Shown here: in pieces, positions 8,785 to 18,438 of the stretch | How positions within the stretch are numbered: the stretch's first letter is position 1 | Layout of the letters: the number at the start of each line of letters is the position of its first letter | Assembly: GCA_018645265.1 (NCBI GenBank) | Contig: JABGOS010000063.1 | Location: 1-59,997 of the forward strand | Length of the DNA stretch: 59,997 nt | Reading direction: 5' to 3' | DNA from: Deltaproteobacteria bacterium | GTDB lineage: Bacteria; UBA10199; 2-02-FULL-44-16; JAAZCA01 | Program-made: the position numbers and the translations under genes | Notes under the pieces: generated by a model | What the model was told of the DNA's origin: nothing | Databases searched by the model: none | The model's input: only the letters and a program-made list of their open reading frames with translations

Positions 8785-10092
8785 TCACTCACTGAGGAAC
8801 TTATCGAACCTATCGTCATCTGGAAATTTATTTTTAATCCTCTCCACCTCATAACCAAAGGTCCAGATGCCTAACTCCTGTTTTATCTTCAGATATTCAT
8901 ATGCATATTCTGGATTATCAGGATCGGCATGGTAAGCTTCTGCAAAATAGATGGCTGCCTCGGGAAGCTTTCCCTTCTTACGCAAACTCTTCGCTTCACC
9001 GTAAGAACGAGCGGCCCCCCAAAGGGTTTCGTCAAGATTGAAGGTTCCAAACCAATCCCTAAGGGTATCTGGAAAACTCGCACCGTTATCAGAAGCCATA
9101 AAGATATCGACGGTATTCCAAGGTGGACCTTGATATAATTTTATTTCAACACCCTTGGACTTCACGTATGTGACAAAGCCCTTCCATCCATCATATTTTA
9201 TAAAGTCAGAATGTAGGCTATCGTACAAAAGATTGACCTTCTTAAAGAGCAGATAGAGAGGCCTGTATTTTGCAAGCCTGATGTTACGCTCGAGTGCATA
9301 GGGCGACTTATACTTCAATGAAACTGCCAAAGGTGATAAATAGTCATAATTATCAATTGCAGTCAGCTTTGATTTATCAGACGAAAACCCAATTCTACAC
9401 CCATCCTCACCGACCACCAAGTTGTACAGCTCTATACTCTTCGGTTTCTCAAAGCTAAAATTACAGAAATAGACACGCTCACAATCACCCTCGCACACCT
9501 TTTTTTGAATCTTAACACTTTCCGGACCACCAAATTTGAGGAGCGCATTCCAATCGTTCTTATAAAATACGATTCTGATGTACAGGAACGAACCGATTAC
9601 AGTCGTTAGAAAGGCGACCATCATGAGAATGCTGCCAGACTTTAAGAGGGCACTCATCCTGCCACGCGGTGGCATTCCAAACAGGAGCCTTGCAACCTTA
9701 GTTCTGACAATCAAAAATAGGCATACTGACAGGGCCAACCAGATGCAAGTCCACATAGTGAAAACTTGAAATCCAACGAACCAATAGACGAGAAAATCCA
9801 TCAACACCGTAAATATAACGAGCAATATGGCAAGATCCCTACTCGTCTCACGAAAAGCCCACAGACCTACGGAAACTATGATCCAGAAGAGTGATATCAA
9901 GGCCGTTATCGATAGAACGGTTTTAAATATAACATCGACAAGCGGCAGATCGGAACCTAGCCGAACGATTCCCACAACCACTACAATCAGAGAGACGAGA
10001 TGGGAGGAAAAGAGAATAAATGATAACAACCTGATAAGCAGCCTGAATTTCGAGGCCACCCTATCATTCACATAAAGTTCAGTGCGCTCCAT
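8785..10092 (-). CDS. multi-pass membrane protein with soluble C-terminal (TPR-like) domain, unknown function
   Basis: About 5-6 hydrophobic helices in the first ~190 aa. Only 9-nt gaps to both neighbours (peptidase upstream, rtcB downstream), which implies co-transcription. Confidence 0.6.
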   Translation of the reverse strand: MERTELYVNDRVASKFRLLIRLLSFILFSSHLVSLIVVVVGIVRLGSDLPLVDVIFKTVLSITALISLFWIIVSVGLWAFRETSRDLAILLVIFTVLMDFLVYWFVGFQVFTMWTCIWLALSVCLFLIVRTKVARLLFGMPPRGRMSALLKSGSILMMVAFLTTVIGSFLYIRIVFYKNDWNALLKFGGPESVKIQKKVCEGDCERVYFCNFSFEKPKSIELYNLVVGEDGCRIGFSSDKSKLTAIDNYDYLSPLAVSLKYKSPYALERNIRLAKYRPLYLLFKKVNLLYDSLHSDFIKYDGWKGFVTYVKSKGVEIKLYQGPPWNTVDIFMASDNGASFPDTLRDWFGTFNLDETLWGAARSYGEAKSLRKKGKLPEAAIYFAEAYHADPDNPEYAYEYLKIKQELGIWTFGYEVERIKNKFPDDDRFDKFLSE

Positions 10093-10101
10093 ATTTATTC
10101 C

Positions 10102-11775
10102 TTAATCACAGATGAGACGGGCTTCTAAATCAGAATCAATATAATACTTCTTCCAAGATTTTACGGATAGCGATTTACCAGTAGACCTCTCAAGAAATTC
10201 ATACCAAGGACAAAGCTCCCCTTGTGCCAAAAAATCATTCATAAGCCATTCCCCAAGCTCCTTATGATTGAAATAGGAAGCTCCCTGAACCCCCTGACCG
10301 CTTTGCTTAGCCAACAGGTCGGCAAACTGGACATTAGCTACACGGCCGATAGCATAGTTGGAATAATAGAGGAGAGATACATTTGGAATATGATACTTCG
10401 CCAGAGCATCGGAGTTCTTCCACCCTTCAGGTCGATTCAAAAATTGATGTTTCCTCTTACACTCCCACCAAAGGTCCCCTATATCCTGGCTAGGATCCGA
10501 ATAGAATGAGGTTTCAAACTCGTAAATTGTAGAGGCCCATCTGAGAAAAATGATCTGATCGACATAGTTGATAAGCTCAACCCTTTTTGAAGCCTCCGCG
10601 GCCACACCCTCATCCACACCAAGCCTCCTGAACCATTCGGTCGTGAGCGTCTGATGTTCGAATAGCATGGCGACGGCCTCGGTGAGCATTGTAGGCTCAC
10701 TCAGAAGATACGGGACAGATGTGTTACTCAAAACTGATTTATAATTAATATCATGCGCGAGCTCATGAACGAGCGTCGATACATCACTGGCCTTCGGAGC
10801 CCCAGACTCTGGAAGATTCATAATCAGCACTGGACTGTCAGAGTCATCAGGATCGAGATACCACGCTACAGCATGGGGATTCTTACCGGGCTTAGGAAAG
10901 AGGCTTGAATTCTCAACAATTCTTTTTATATCAACACCGAGGCTGCCATAAAAATCAACGGTCTGTTTGATCACATAATTGGAATCGACGCCGGCATACA
11001 ATTTATCCAAATCAACATCGCCAAATATCGCATTAGGCGCCTCCTGAAAAAAACCGTTCTGATAATGCCACGGTTTCATCTCATCAACCGAAACACCATA
11101 GCGCTTAGCTAAACGAGGATCTATGTACTGCTCCTTCAATCGCTTAAAAGGCTTTTCCGTAGCTTTATGAACATCATTGTAGAACGATCCAAGGAGCTTG
11201 GTATCTAGCTCACCCACCGCTGCTGCCAATTCTACAGAACCATCGAAGCCCAAATCGGTAGCAATATTATTTCTCAGTTTCACAAGATTTCTAAAATTAT
11301 CCTCCAGAAGAGGAGCGACCATCTTCTGCGCTTTCCATACCTTCTCAAGAAGTGAGTTATCTGTAGAATCTGAGAGAATATGATCAGCTTCTACGGGAGT
11401 TAATTTCTTTCCATCCACCGAAGGCCGGTAATCGTTGAAGGTTTCCTGAAGGACGCGTTCCAGCTTAGTAAGCTCCTTAAGCCTATCCGCAGAGACTTGA
11501 TTGGGAAGGTGCCTCAAAAACACAACCTCCAGCTCCCTGCGAAGCTTCACATCCTCAACCTTCCCTTTATCCTTGTAGAGACTCTTTAACTCCGCAAATC
11601 GTATGGGATCGCTATTGAGCTGGCGAATATCAAGTTCGATCTTAGCCAAACGATTTGAAGCATCCTTATTACCGGTAGTATCATATTCGTACCAAGTACG
11701 ACGCATCTCCAAATCTAGAGGCCTGTACTTCGCTACATATTCATCTACAATCTTCCTAGCCTGTTGTTCAATCAT
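10102..11775 (-). CDS. cytoplasmic zinc metallopeptidase (gluzincin, M2/M3-like oligopeptidase)
   Basis: HELAH (HExxH) followed 25 residues later by a Glu (TEAVAM). 557 aa with no signal peptide. The exact family is not resolved. Confidence 0.65.
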   Translation of the reverse strand: MIEQQARKIVDEYVAKYRPLDLEMRRTWYEYDTTGNKDASNRLAKIELDIRQLNSDPIRFAELKSLYKDKGKVEDVKLRRELEVVFLRHLPNQVSADRLKELTKLERVLQETFNDYRPSVDGKKLTPVEADHILSDSTDNSLLEKVWKAQKMVAPLLEDNFRNLVKLRNNIATDLGFDGSVELAAAVGELDTKLLGSFYNDVHKATEKPFKRLKEQYIDPRLAKRYGVSVDEMKPWHYQNGFFQEAPNAIFGDVDLDKLYAGVDSNYVIKQTVDFYGSLGVDIKRIVENSSLFPKPGKNPHAVAWYLDPDDSDSPVLIMNLPESGAPKASDVSTLVHELAHDINYKSVLSNTSVPYLLSEPTMLTEAVAMLFEHQTLTTEWFRRLGVDEGVAAEASKRVELINYVDQIIFLRWASTIYEFETSFYSDPSQDIGDLWWECKRKHQFLNRPEGWKNSDALAKYHIPNVSLLYYSNYAIGRVANVQFADLLAKQSGQGVQGASYFNHKELGEWLMNDFLAQGELCPWYEFLERSTGKSLSVKSWKKYYIDSDLEARLICD

Positions 11776-11825
11776 GTATAAAATCCCTTCCCATGCAGCT
11801 ATTAACGATCATTAAATATCTGTCA

Positions 11826-13226
11826 TTACTCCGTCTCAATAGGGTTCATTTCCACAGGAGTTTCATCCTCCATGACGCTTTGACCATAGTCCTTCATATA
11901 TGCACCCAGCGATTTAGCTACAACTCCAGACAACAACCAAAGCGCTAGAAGGTTTGGAAATGCCATAAGTAGATTCGCAATATCAGCGTATGCCCACACA
12001 GTTGTAATCCAACCCGCCGTAGTTCCTGCAATCGCGCCCAGAAACAAAATAACGCAATAGACAATTCTAAACGGCAGGATAACTCTTTTTCCAAACAGAT
12101 ACCCAGCAGCGCGATCACCGTAATAACTCCACGATATCGCCGTCGAATAAGCGAAAAGAACTATCGCAAATGTAACGACATATCTTCCACCTGAAAAACC
12201 GGCCTCAAATGCTGCCGATGTCAGAGGCGCATCCCTGAGTCCGGAGCTCCACAGCCCGGTGGATATAATAACGAGTGCTGTCATCGTGCAGATTACAATT
12301 GTATCCGTAAAAGGTTCCAAAAGGGCAACCAGGCCTTCGCGCACCGGTATCTTCGTCTTGGCAGCAGCGTGAATAATAGGCGCTGAACCGAGACCAGCTT
12401 CATTCGAGAACAAGCCTCTACTGACCCCCGACCTCAGTGCCAACATTATAGCTGAACCCACAAAGCCACCAGTTGCGGCTGTACCTGTGAAGGCATTCGT
12501 AACGATCATCTTCAAACCAGGAAGAATCTCACTGGCATTCATCGCCAAGATGACCAAAGCGCCGCCGACATAGATGATGGACATGACTGGAACCAATACT
12601 CCTGCAACATGCCCAATCCTCTTCATTCCACCTACGATGACAAGTCCAGTCATAATAGCGAGAACTATACCAGTGATAACTGGAGACACGTTGAATGTAG
12701 TTTTTAATACCTGCGCTACCTGATTTGATTGCACCATGTTACCTATTCCGAAACAAGCAAAGACAGTGAAGAGCGCGAACACAACCGCAAGTGGTTTAAA
12801 CTTTTTACCCAGCCCCCTCTCGATGTAATACATCGGACCACCCGATATGGTACCATCCTCATGAACTATACGAAATTGCTGAGCAAGGGTACACTCAGTG
12901 AACTTGATGGCCATACCAAGGAAAGCTGTCACCCACATCCAGAAGATGGCACCAGGGCCACCGATCGCAATCGCCGCTGCAACACCTGCAATATTTCCAA
13001 CGCCAACGGTCGCTGACAACGCACCACATAACGCCTTAAAATGCGTGACGTCGCCAGGATGATTCGGATCGTTATATTTCCCGGATGTAATTCGAATACC
13101 CTCTATGAAACCACGCACCTGAACGAATTTCATTCTTATCGTCAGAAAGATTCCAGTACCCAGAAGAACGACTATCAATATAGGACCGGTTACATAGGCA
13201 AAGATATCTTGGATAATTTGTGGCAT
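11826..13226 (-). CDS. alanine/glycine:cation symporter (AGCS family)
   Basis: FKALCGALSATVGVGNIAGVAAAIAIGGPGAIFWMW is a typical AGCS signature. About 11 TM segments; 466 aa. Confidence 0.88.
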   Translation of the reverse strand: MPQIIQDIFAYVTGPILIVVLLGTGIFLTIRMKFVQVRGFIEGIRITSGKYNDPNHPGDVTHFKALCGALSATVGVGNIAGVAAAIAIGGPGAIFWMWVTAFLGMAIKFTECTLAQQFRIVHEDGTISGGPMYYIERGLGKKFKPLAVVFALFTVFACFGIGNMVQSNQVAQVLKTTFNVSPVITGIVLAIMTGLVIVGGMKRIGHVAGVLVPVMSIIYVGGALVILAMNASEILPGLKMIVTNAFTGTAATGGFVGSAIMLALRSGVSRGLFSNEAGLGSAPIIHAAAKTKIPVREGLVALLEPFTDTIVICTMTALVIISTGLWSSGLRDAPLTSAAFEAGFSGGRYVVTFAIVLFAYSTAISWSYYGDRAAGYLFGKRVILPFRIVYCVILFLGAIAGTTAGWITTVWAYADIANLLMAFPNLLALWLLSGVVAKSLGAYMKDYGQSVMEDETPVEMNPIETE

Positions 13227-13272
13227 GATTCCCCCTTAGAATAACTTATGCTCTTTGGCTCAAACGTCAGAT

Positions 13273-13689
13273 TTAGATATCAAAAATAACCTTAGCAAAC
13301 CATGAACCGTCGTCATCCTTTACAACTTCAAGTTGATGATAGGTAACGGCCTTTATGGAGAGCTCTTCCGAATGGCGTGTCGAATCGAATTTAGCACCCT
13401 TTACCGTTCCGATCAGATGACGTTCGTCGAGCTCATCCATCCAAAAGTTGGAAAGGACCAGATGCCTGGACTCATATAAATAGAGAAGCTCCTGCAACCA
13501 TTTAACCAAAAGCTGGTCTACGGAATCCGCCTCAATAGCTATGGGAACCTGAATAACGGGCGTCGAAGGACGCCTGATCTTGATACTGATATCAAATAGA
13601 GCTTCCGCAGTTTTAATAAAAAGATCCTCTAACGAGGATCCTTTTACTCTAATACCGATATCGGCTGTGTGATCGATAAGTTGGTACAT
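13273..13689 (-). CDS. archease (RtcB activator/chaperone)
   Basis: N-terminal MYQLIDHTADIGIRVKG and C-terminal KAVTYH..........VIFDI are typical of archease; 138 aa. Confidence 0.85.
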   Translation of the reverse strand: MYQLIDHTADIGIRVKGSSLEDLFIKTAEALFDISIKIRRPSTPVIQVPIAIEADSVDQLLVKWLQELLYLYESRHLVLSNFWMDELDERHLIGTVKGAKFDSTRHSEELSIKAVTYHQLEVVKDDDGSWFAKVIFDI

Positions 13690-13792
13690 TTATCGTGGTT
13701 CATGGAAAGCAACCCATGGATCGTAACTCTCTAGCAGCGGCACTTATGAAAAGATGATTTACGATTCATACTTCACTATCCACGATTCACTG

Positions 13793-14227
13793 TTAAACCC
13801 ACTCGTAATTAACTAGTTCATTGGATTCAAAGAAATAGGCAATCTCAAACTTAGCGGTATCCGTTGCATCGGAACCATGAACCGCATTTCGCTCGATGTT
13901 GGTGCCAAAATCACACCTGATCGTACCATCGGCTGCTTCTTCCGGATTTGTCACGCCTGCAGTATCGCGCCATGTTTTAATAGCCTCCTCGCCTTCCAGA
14001 GCCATAACGACGCAAGGACCTGATGTCATAAAGGTAACAAGACTTCCGTAGAATGGCTTGTCCTTATGAACAGCATAAAATCCTTCTGCGCGAGCTGTAT
14101 TCAGATGCAGCATCTTCATTCCAACGACCTTAAGACTTGCATCCTCAACCCTTTTCAATATTTCACCGATTATACCCTTTTCAAGGGAATCCGGTTTTAT
14201 AATGCCCAAAGTTCTCTCGACTGCCAT
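13793..14227 (-). CDS. ndk: nucleoside-diphosphate kinase
   Basis: [13 protein letters not shown]..., NAVHGSD active-site His, and AGGAG upstream of ATG 14227. The 42 extra N-terminal codons of the long ORF are rejected. Confidence 0.93.
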   Translation of the reverse strand: MAVERTLGIIKPDSLEKGIIGEILKRVEDASLKVVGMKMLHLNTARAEGFYAVHKDKPFYGSLVTFMTSGPCVVMALEGEEAIKTWRDTAGVTNPEEAADGTIRCDFGTNIERNAVHGSDATDTAKFEIAYFFESNELVNYEWV

Positions 14228-14353
14228 AAAATCTCCTTTTTTATTGTATTGATTTAACTTTTTACGAATCGGCCAGCAGGTGCGATTCGGGAGGGAAACT
14301 ACCCTAACCCCCCAATATTGTAAAGCTAATTGAAAAAAGAGCGATGCTACCAA

Positions 14354-15196
14354 TTACTTATTTAGATTATTATCAGCCGGTGTTTCATTCAACTTTCCAG
14401 ATGGGAGCTCCTCCGAGGACCGACTTCCTCGCATATCAATACTATTCAGCCTGGCGTCTATAACCCCTCTATTAGGGTACTTCGAGGCACTCTCAGTCAG
14501 CGCCCTCGCTGCGCCCAACCTCCCGAGCTCCTCGTAACAGGTGGCCGCATGCAGCCTCGCCTCATCTGAATACTCAGATTGGGGAAAATTTGAAATTAAG
14601 GTGTTGTACCATTTGATTGCATTTCTGGGCCTGCCGCTCAGAAAGAAACTCTCCGCGTAAACAAAAAGGGCCTGTGAAAGAACCTCCTGGGAAATGGATT
14701 CATCATCTATTACCGGAACCAACTCCACCCTGGCCTGGGAGTACTTCCCACTCGACAAATATGTTCCAGCCAGCAGTGTACGATATCTATTATATTCCGG
14801 ACTACCCTTGAAATGCTTAACTAGCATCTCATAATCCTCGATAGCAGCATCGTAATTGCGATTCTTCTCCTCGAGTGCCCCACGCCACCGCCTCGCCATA
14901 ATTGTTGCCTGGGAAAGAGGATACTCCGCTATTACATCACCATACAGCTTCATCGCCATTGCATCGTCATGGAGCTCGGCCTCGTAAATCCTGCCCATCC
15001 TGAGCAATATCAGAGGCCTTTCCTTATGCCCAACGTACCTTTTGGACATCGATTTATATGCGCTAAGGGCCGATCCTACCCTACCCAACCCAAGCTTCGC
15101 CTTCGCATCACGAAGGTCGGCTTCAAACGTGTGCTGCTGACACGCCATCCCAAAGACAGCTAGAAGAACGATAACTGAAAGACAATTGCGAAACAT
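14354..15196 (-). CDS. TPR-repeat lipoprotein (YbgF/CpoB-like architecture)
   Basis: Lipobox MFRNCLSVIVLLAVFGMAC followed by repeated TPR-like A..Y.......P helices. Confidence 0.65.
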   Translation of the reverse strand: MFRNCLSVIVLLAVFGMACQQHTFEADLRDAKAKLGLGRVGSALSAYKSMSKRYVGHKERPLILLRMGRIYEAELHDDAMAMKLYGDVIAEYPLSQATIMARRWRGALEEKNRNYDAAIEDYEMLVKHFKGSPEYNRYRTLLAGTYLSSGKYSQARVELVPVIDDESISQEVLSQALFVYAESFFLSGRPRNAIKWYNTLISNFPQSEYSDEARLHAATCYEELGRLGAARALTESASKYPNRGVIDARLNSIDMRGSRSSEELPSGKLNETPADNNLNK

Positions 15197-15279
15197 GAAA
15201 TTGTCACCCCTAGTAACAATTGCTGGTTCCTCAAAAAATCGAACAAAAGGGACCGGGCAAAGAATGCGGGAGATGAATA

Positions 15280-17712
15280 TTAGGACTCATCCTCTTCGGC
15301 CAACTTAGCTACGTTGACGACTTTCTCCTCCTTACCCAAGGAGATAAGACGAACACCCTGTGTATTGCGACCAATAGTTGGAATCTCTTTGGAGCGAGAA
15401 CGAATTACGGTCCCCCCGTCCGTTACCAACATAATATCATCCGAATCCGTTACCTGCATCACACCCACTACCGGCCCATTTCTACCAGCAACCTTTATGG
15501 TGATTATTCCAGATCCTCCACGCGACTGAACGCGATATTCATCGCAGGCACTGCGTTTGCCATACCCGCGTTCAGTGACGGTAAGGACCGATGCTTCCGT
15601 AGAAAGAACTTCCATACCAACTACGAAATCGTCTTTTTTAAGGGAGATCCCTCTCACGCCCCTTGCCGTCCTACCCATCGAACGAACCTCAGATTCATTG
15701 AAGCGTATAGCCTGACCATTTCTCGTAGTAAGGAAGACCTGATCATCTCCATCAGTCAGCCTCACCGCAATCAACTCATCATCATTATCGATAGTCGTGG
15801 CTATGATTCCACCAGACCTCGGGTTGGCATACTGCATAAGATCTGTTTTCTTGATGATTCCATTCTTCGTCGCCATGACCAGGGACTTACCCTCTTCAAA
15901 ACTCTTAACTGTAAGTATGGCTGCAATGGAGTCCGCACTAGACATATTGATTAAATTGGTAATCGACTGCCCACGCGCCGTTCTTCCGATCTGAGGAATT
16001 TCGTGAACCTTCAGCCAGTAGACCTTACCCGCTGCAGAGAATACGAGAACATAGCTATGCGTCGATGCGACGAAAAGATTCTCTACAAAATCCGCCTCAC
16101 GCATCGACATCCCCTGTTTGCCACGACCACCACGACGCTGTGCACGATAGATGCTAATAGGATTTCTTTTTATAAATCCACGATGAGAGACTGTAACCAC
16201 CATCTCCTCCTCCTGGATCAAGTCTTCCAAGTCCAACTCCCTCGCCTTGGATTGGATAACAGTGCGGCGCTCATCACCATATTTCTCTTTAATCTCGAGG
16301 AGCTCGTCACGGATTATCTTATAGACCTTCTTCTCATCAGCAAGAATACCCTGTAAACTTTTAATCAAGTCCTGAACATCTTTATATTCTGCGATGATTT
16401 TGTTTCTCTCGAGACCGGTCAACCTATGCAGTCGCAGGTCTAAGATGGCCTGAGCCTGTACCTCAGATAACTTAAAACGTTTTATAAGGCTCACCCTTGC
16501 AACTGCTGGCTCCTTGGATTTCTTGATTAAAGCGATAACCTCATCGATATTCTCAACAGCTATTTTCAAACCGGCGAGAATATGAGCCCTCTCCTCAGCC
16601 TTCCTGAGTTCAAAAGCGGTTCTTCTAGTGACCACCTCACGCCTGTGGTCCACGAACAGTTCCAACGCCTCTTTGAGATTCAAGATCTTTGGTTGGCCAC
16701 CGACGATCGCAAGAAGAATGATACCATAGCTAGTCTGCATCGAGGTATGCGCATAGAGCTGATTCAATACAACACCAGCCACCACACCCCTCTTGAGTTC
16801 CACAACGATCCTCATACCGTCACGATCCGATTCATCGCGAATGTCGGAGATTCCATCAATCTTTCCGAATTTCACCAGGTCAGCTATTCTCTCGATAAGT
16901 CTCGCTTTATTGACCTGATAGGGAATCTCGGTAACCACGATACTCTCGCGATCGCCCCTAGCCATAGGCTCGATCGCAGATCTCGCCCTGATCTTTAAAG
17001 ATCCCCTGCCTGTCTTGTAGGCATTCTTAATACCTTCCTTGCCATCGATAAAGGCACCCGTAGGAAAATCCGGACCCGGGATCAGCTTCATCAGTTCTTC
17101 AGTAGAAACTGTAGGCTTATCTATTATCGCAAGACAGCCGTTAATGATTTCCGTTAGATTGTGCGGCGGAATTTTGGTAGCCATTCCCACTGCGATTCCA
17201 TCTGAACCGTTGATCAGTAAATTCGGAACTCTGGATGGCAAAACGTTCGGCTCTACAGTAGTTTCATCGAAGTTCGGTGAAAAATCCACCGTATCCTTAT
17301 CGATGTCAGCTAAGAGTTGTTCCGCAAGGGACTTAAGTCTAGCTTCGGTATAACGATAAGCAGCAGCGGAATCACCATCTACGGAACCGAAGTTTCCCTG
17401 ACCATCGATGAGTGGATAACGAAGGCTCCAGCTCTGTGCCATGCGAACCAAAGTGTCGTAAACAGCTTGATCGCCATGGGGATGATACTTCTTCAAAACT
17501 TCACCGACAACACCAGCACACTTTGAAAAACGTTTATTGGAGAGAAGCCCTTCACGAAGCATGGCATAAAGAATTCTTCTATGCGCAGGCTTCAAGCCAT
17601 CGCGAACATCCGGAATCGCCCTGCCGATTATGACGCTCATCGCATAATCGAGATACGCGCTCTTCATCTCGTCTTCTATGTTAACTGGAAGAACCTCGGC
17701 TGCTCGGCTCAT
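15280..17712 (-). CDS. gyrA: DNA gyrase subunit A
   Basis: DGLKPAHRRILYAM, AAAYRYTEARL (active-site Tyr) and GyrA box QRRGGRGKQG; 810 aa. Confidence 0.97.
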   Translation of the reverse strand: MSRAAEVLPVNIEDEMKSAYLDYAMSVIIGRAIPDVRDGLKPAHRRILYAMLREGLLSNKRFSKCAGVVGEVLKKYHPHGDQAVYDTLVRMAQSWSLRYPLIDGQGNFGSVDGDSAAAYRYTEARLKSLAEQLLADIDKDTVDFSPNFDETTVEPNVLPSRVPNLLINGSDGIAVGMATKIPPHNLTEIINGCLAIIDKPTVSTEELMKLIPGPDFPTGAFIDGKEGIKNAYKTGRGSLKIRARSAIEPMARGDRESIVVTEIPYQVNKARLIERIADLVKFGKIDGISDIRDESDRDGMRIVVELKRGVVAGVVLNQLYAHTSMQTSYGIILLAIVGGQPKILNLKEALELFVDHRREVVTRRTAFELRKAEERAHILAGLKIAVENIDEVIALIKKSKEPAVARVSLIKRFKLSEVQAQAILDLRLHRLTGLERNKIIAEYKDVQDLIKSLQGILADEKKVYKIIRDELLEIKEKYGDERRTVIQSKARELDLEDLIQEEEMVVTVSHRGFIKRNPISIYRAQRRGGRGKQGMSMREADFVENLFVASTHSYVLVFSAAGKVYWLKVHEIPQIGRTARGQSITNLINMSSADSIAAILTVKSFEEGKSLVMATKNGIIKKTDLMQYANPRSGGIIATTIDNDDELIAVRLTDGDDQVFLTTRNGQAIRFNESEVRSMGRTARGVRGISLKKDDFVVGMEVLSTEASVLTVTERGYGKRSACDEYRVQSRGGSGIITIKVAGRNGPVVGVMQVTDSDDIMLVTDGGTVIRSRSKEIPTIGRNTQGVRLISLGKEEKVVNVAKLAEEDES

Positions 17713-17983
17713 CTTAGTACCCCCATTTACAATTGAGTGAAATAAATACGAACAACTCCACCACCGTTTTCTCTAGAATTGACGGGAGATCATGCACTTG
17801 AGCCTGAAGAAAGTCAACGGGAAGTTAAGTGTTTCATATAAAGCCTTGCAGGGCTCAAACCCTTATTTTACAGGGTTTTGCTCCATCCGAGACCGGCGAT
17901 ATTTTGCACCATAAAACTTCTTTTTTTACAAGCATATGCCTCGCAAATACAGACATCATCCACATTTAACCCGATATTTTTGT

Positions 17984-18012
17984 TTGACATAGCAAACACC
18001 CTCACGTAGATT
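17984..18012 (+). promoter_or_regulatory. candidate sigma70-type promoter for hup (TTGACA-N17-TAGATT)
   Basis: TTGACA at 17984-17989 and TAGATT at 18007-18012, about 90 nt upstream of the hup ATG. Sequence match only. Confidence 0.3.
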
Positions 18013-18104
18013 TTTGCGTAACGAATGACAGCAAACGCTCGCATATAAAAGAATACCGGGCACAGCTTGAGTTCGAATCCAATAACGGAAGGAGGTGAAA
18101 CCAA

Positions 18105-18377
18105 ATGACAAAAGCCGAACTTATTAATTACATTTCAAAAGATTGTAAGATCTCAAAGGCTCTAGCCGAGAAAGTTCTCAACTCGATGACACATAACGTC
18201 GGTAAGTGCTTGCGCAAGGGGGACAAGATTACGTTGACGAATTTCGGGACGTTTTATGTTTCCAAGCGCCGTGCTCGCACGGGACGCAACCCTCAGACGG
18301 GTGCTGTGATCCAGATTAAGGCTCGCAAGGTTCCGCGCTTCAAGCCAGGCAAGCAGTTGAAAGATTGGGCATCATAA
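18105..18377 (+). CDS. hup: DNA-binding protein HU/IHF family
   Basis: MTKAELI...FGTF.V..R.AR.GRNP.TG..I.I.A..VP.F.PGK.LK. Strong GGAGGTG Shine-Dalgarno sequence. Confidence 0.9.
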   Translation: MTKAELINYISKDCKISKALAEKVLNSMTHNVGKCLRKGDKITLTNFGTFYVSKRRARTGRNPQTGAVIQIKARKVPRFKPGKQLKDWAS

Positions 18378-18400
18378 TCGGAGCTCTTAAAGAATTTTGA

Positions 18401-18435
18401 AAAGGAGGCGCCCCAAGATGGAGCGCCTTTTTTTT
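18401..18435. terminator. rho-independent terminator after hup (convergent with the tatD fusion gene)
   Basis: AGGCGC ... GCGCCT stem followed by T8 (18428-18435), with an A-rich stretch upstream. Confidence 0.5.
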
Positions 18436-18438
18436 AAA

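Noticed and set aside
14228-14353. 42-codon N-terminal extension of ndk in the longest ORF
   Set aside because: The conserved Ndk N-terminus begins at [13 protein letters not shown], with AGGAG just upstream of ATG 14227. The extension would abut the stop of the upstream TPR gene and has no counterpart in Ndk proteins.
18071-18080. GTTCGAATCC, a tRNA T-loop-like motif upstream of hup
   Set aside because: The flanking bases cannot form a T-stem, acceptor stem or anticodon arm, and the motif lies in the hup leader next to the SD.
17868-18104. 78-aa minus-strand ORF in the gyrA-hup intergenic region
   Set aside because: It has no SD, an odd Cys/Phe-rich composition, and it overlaps the likely hup promoter and 5' UTR.
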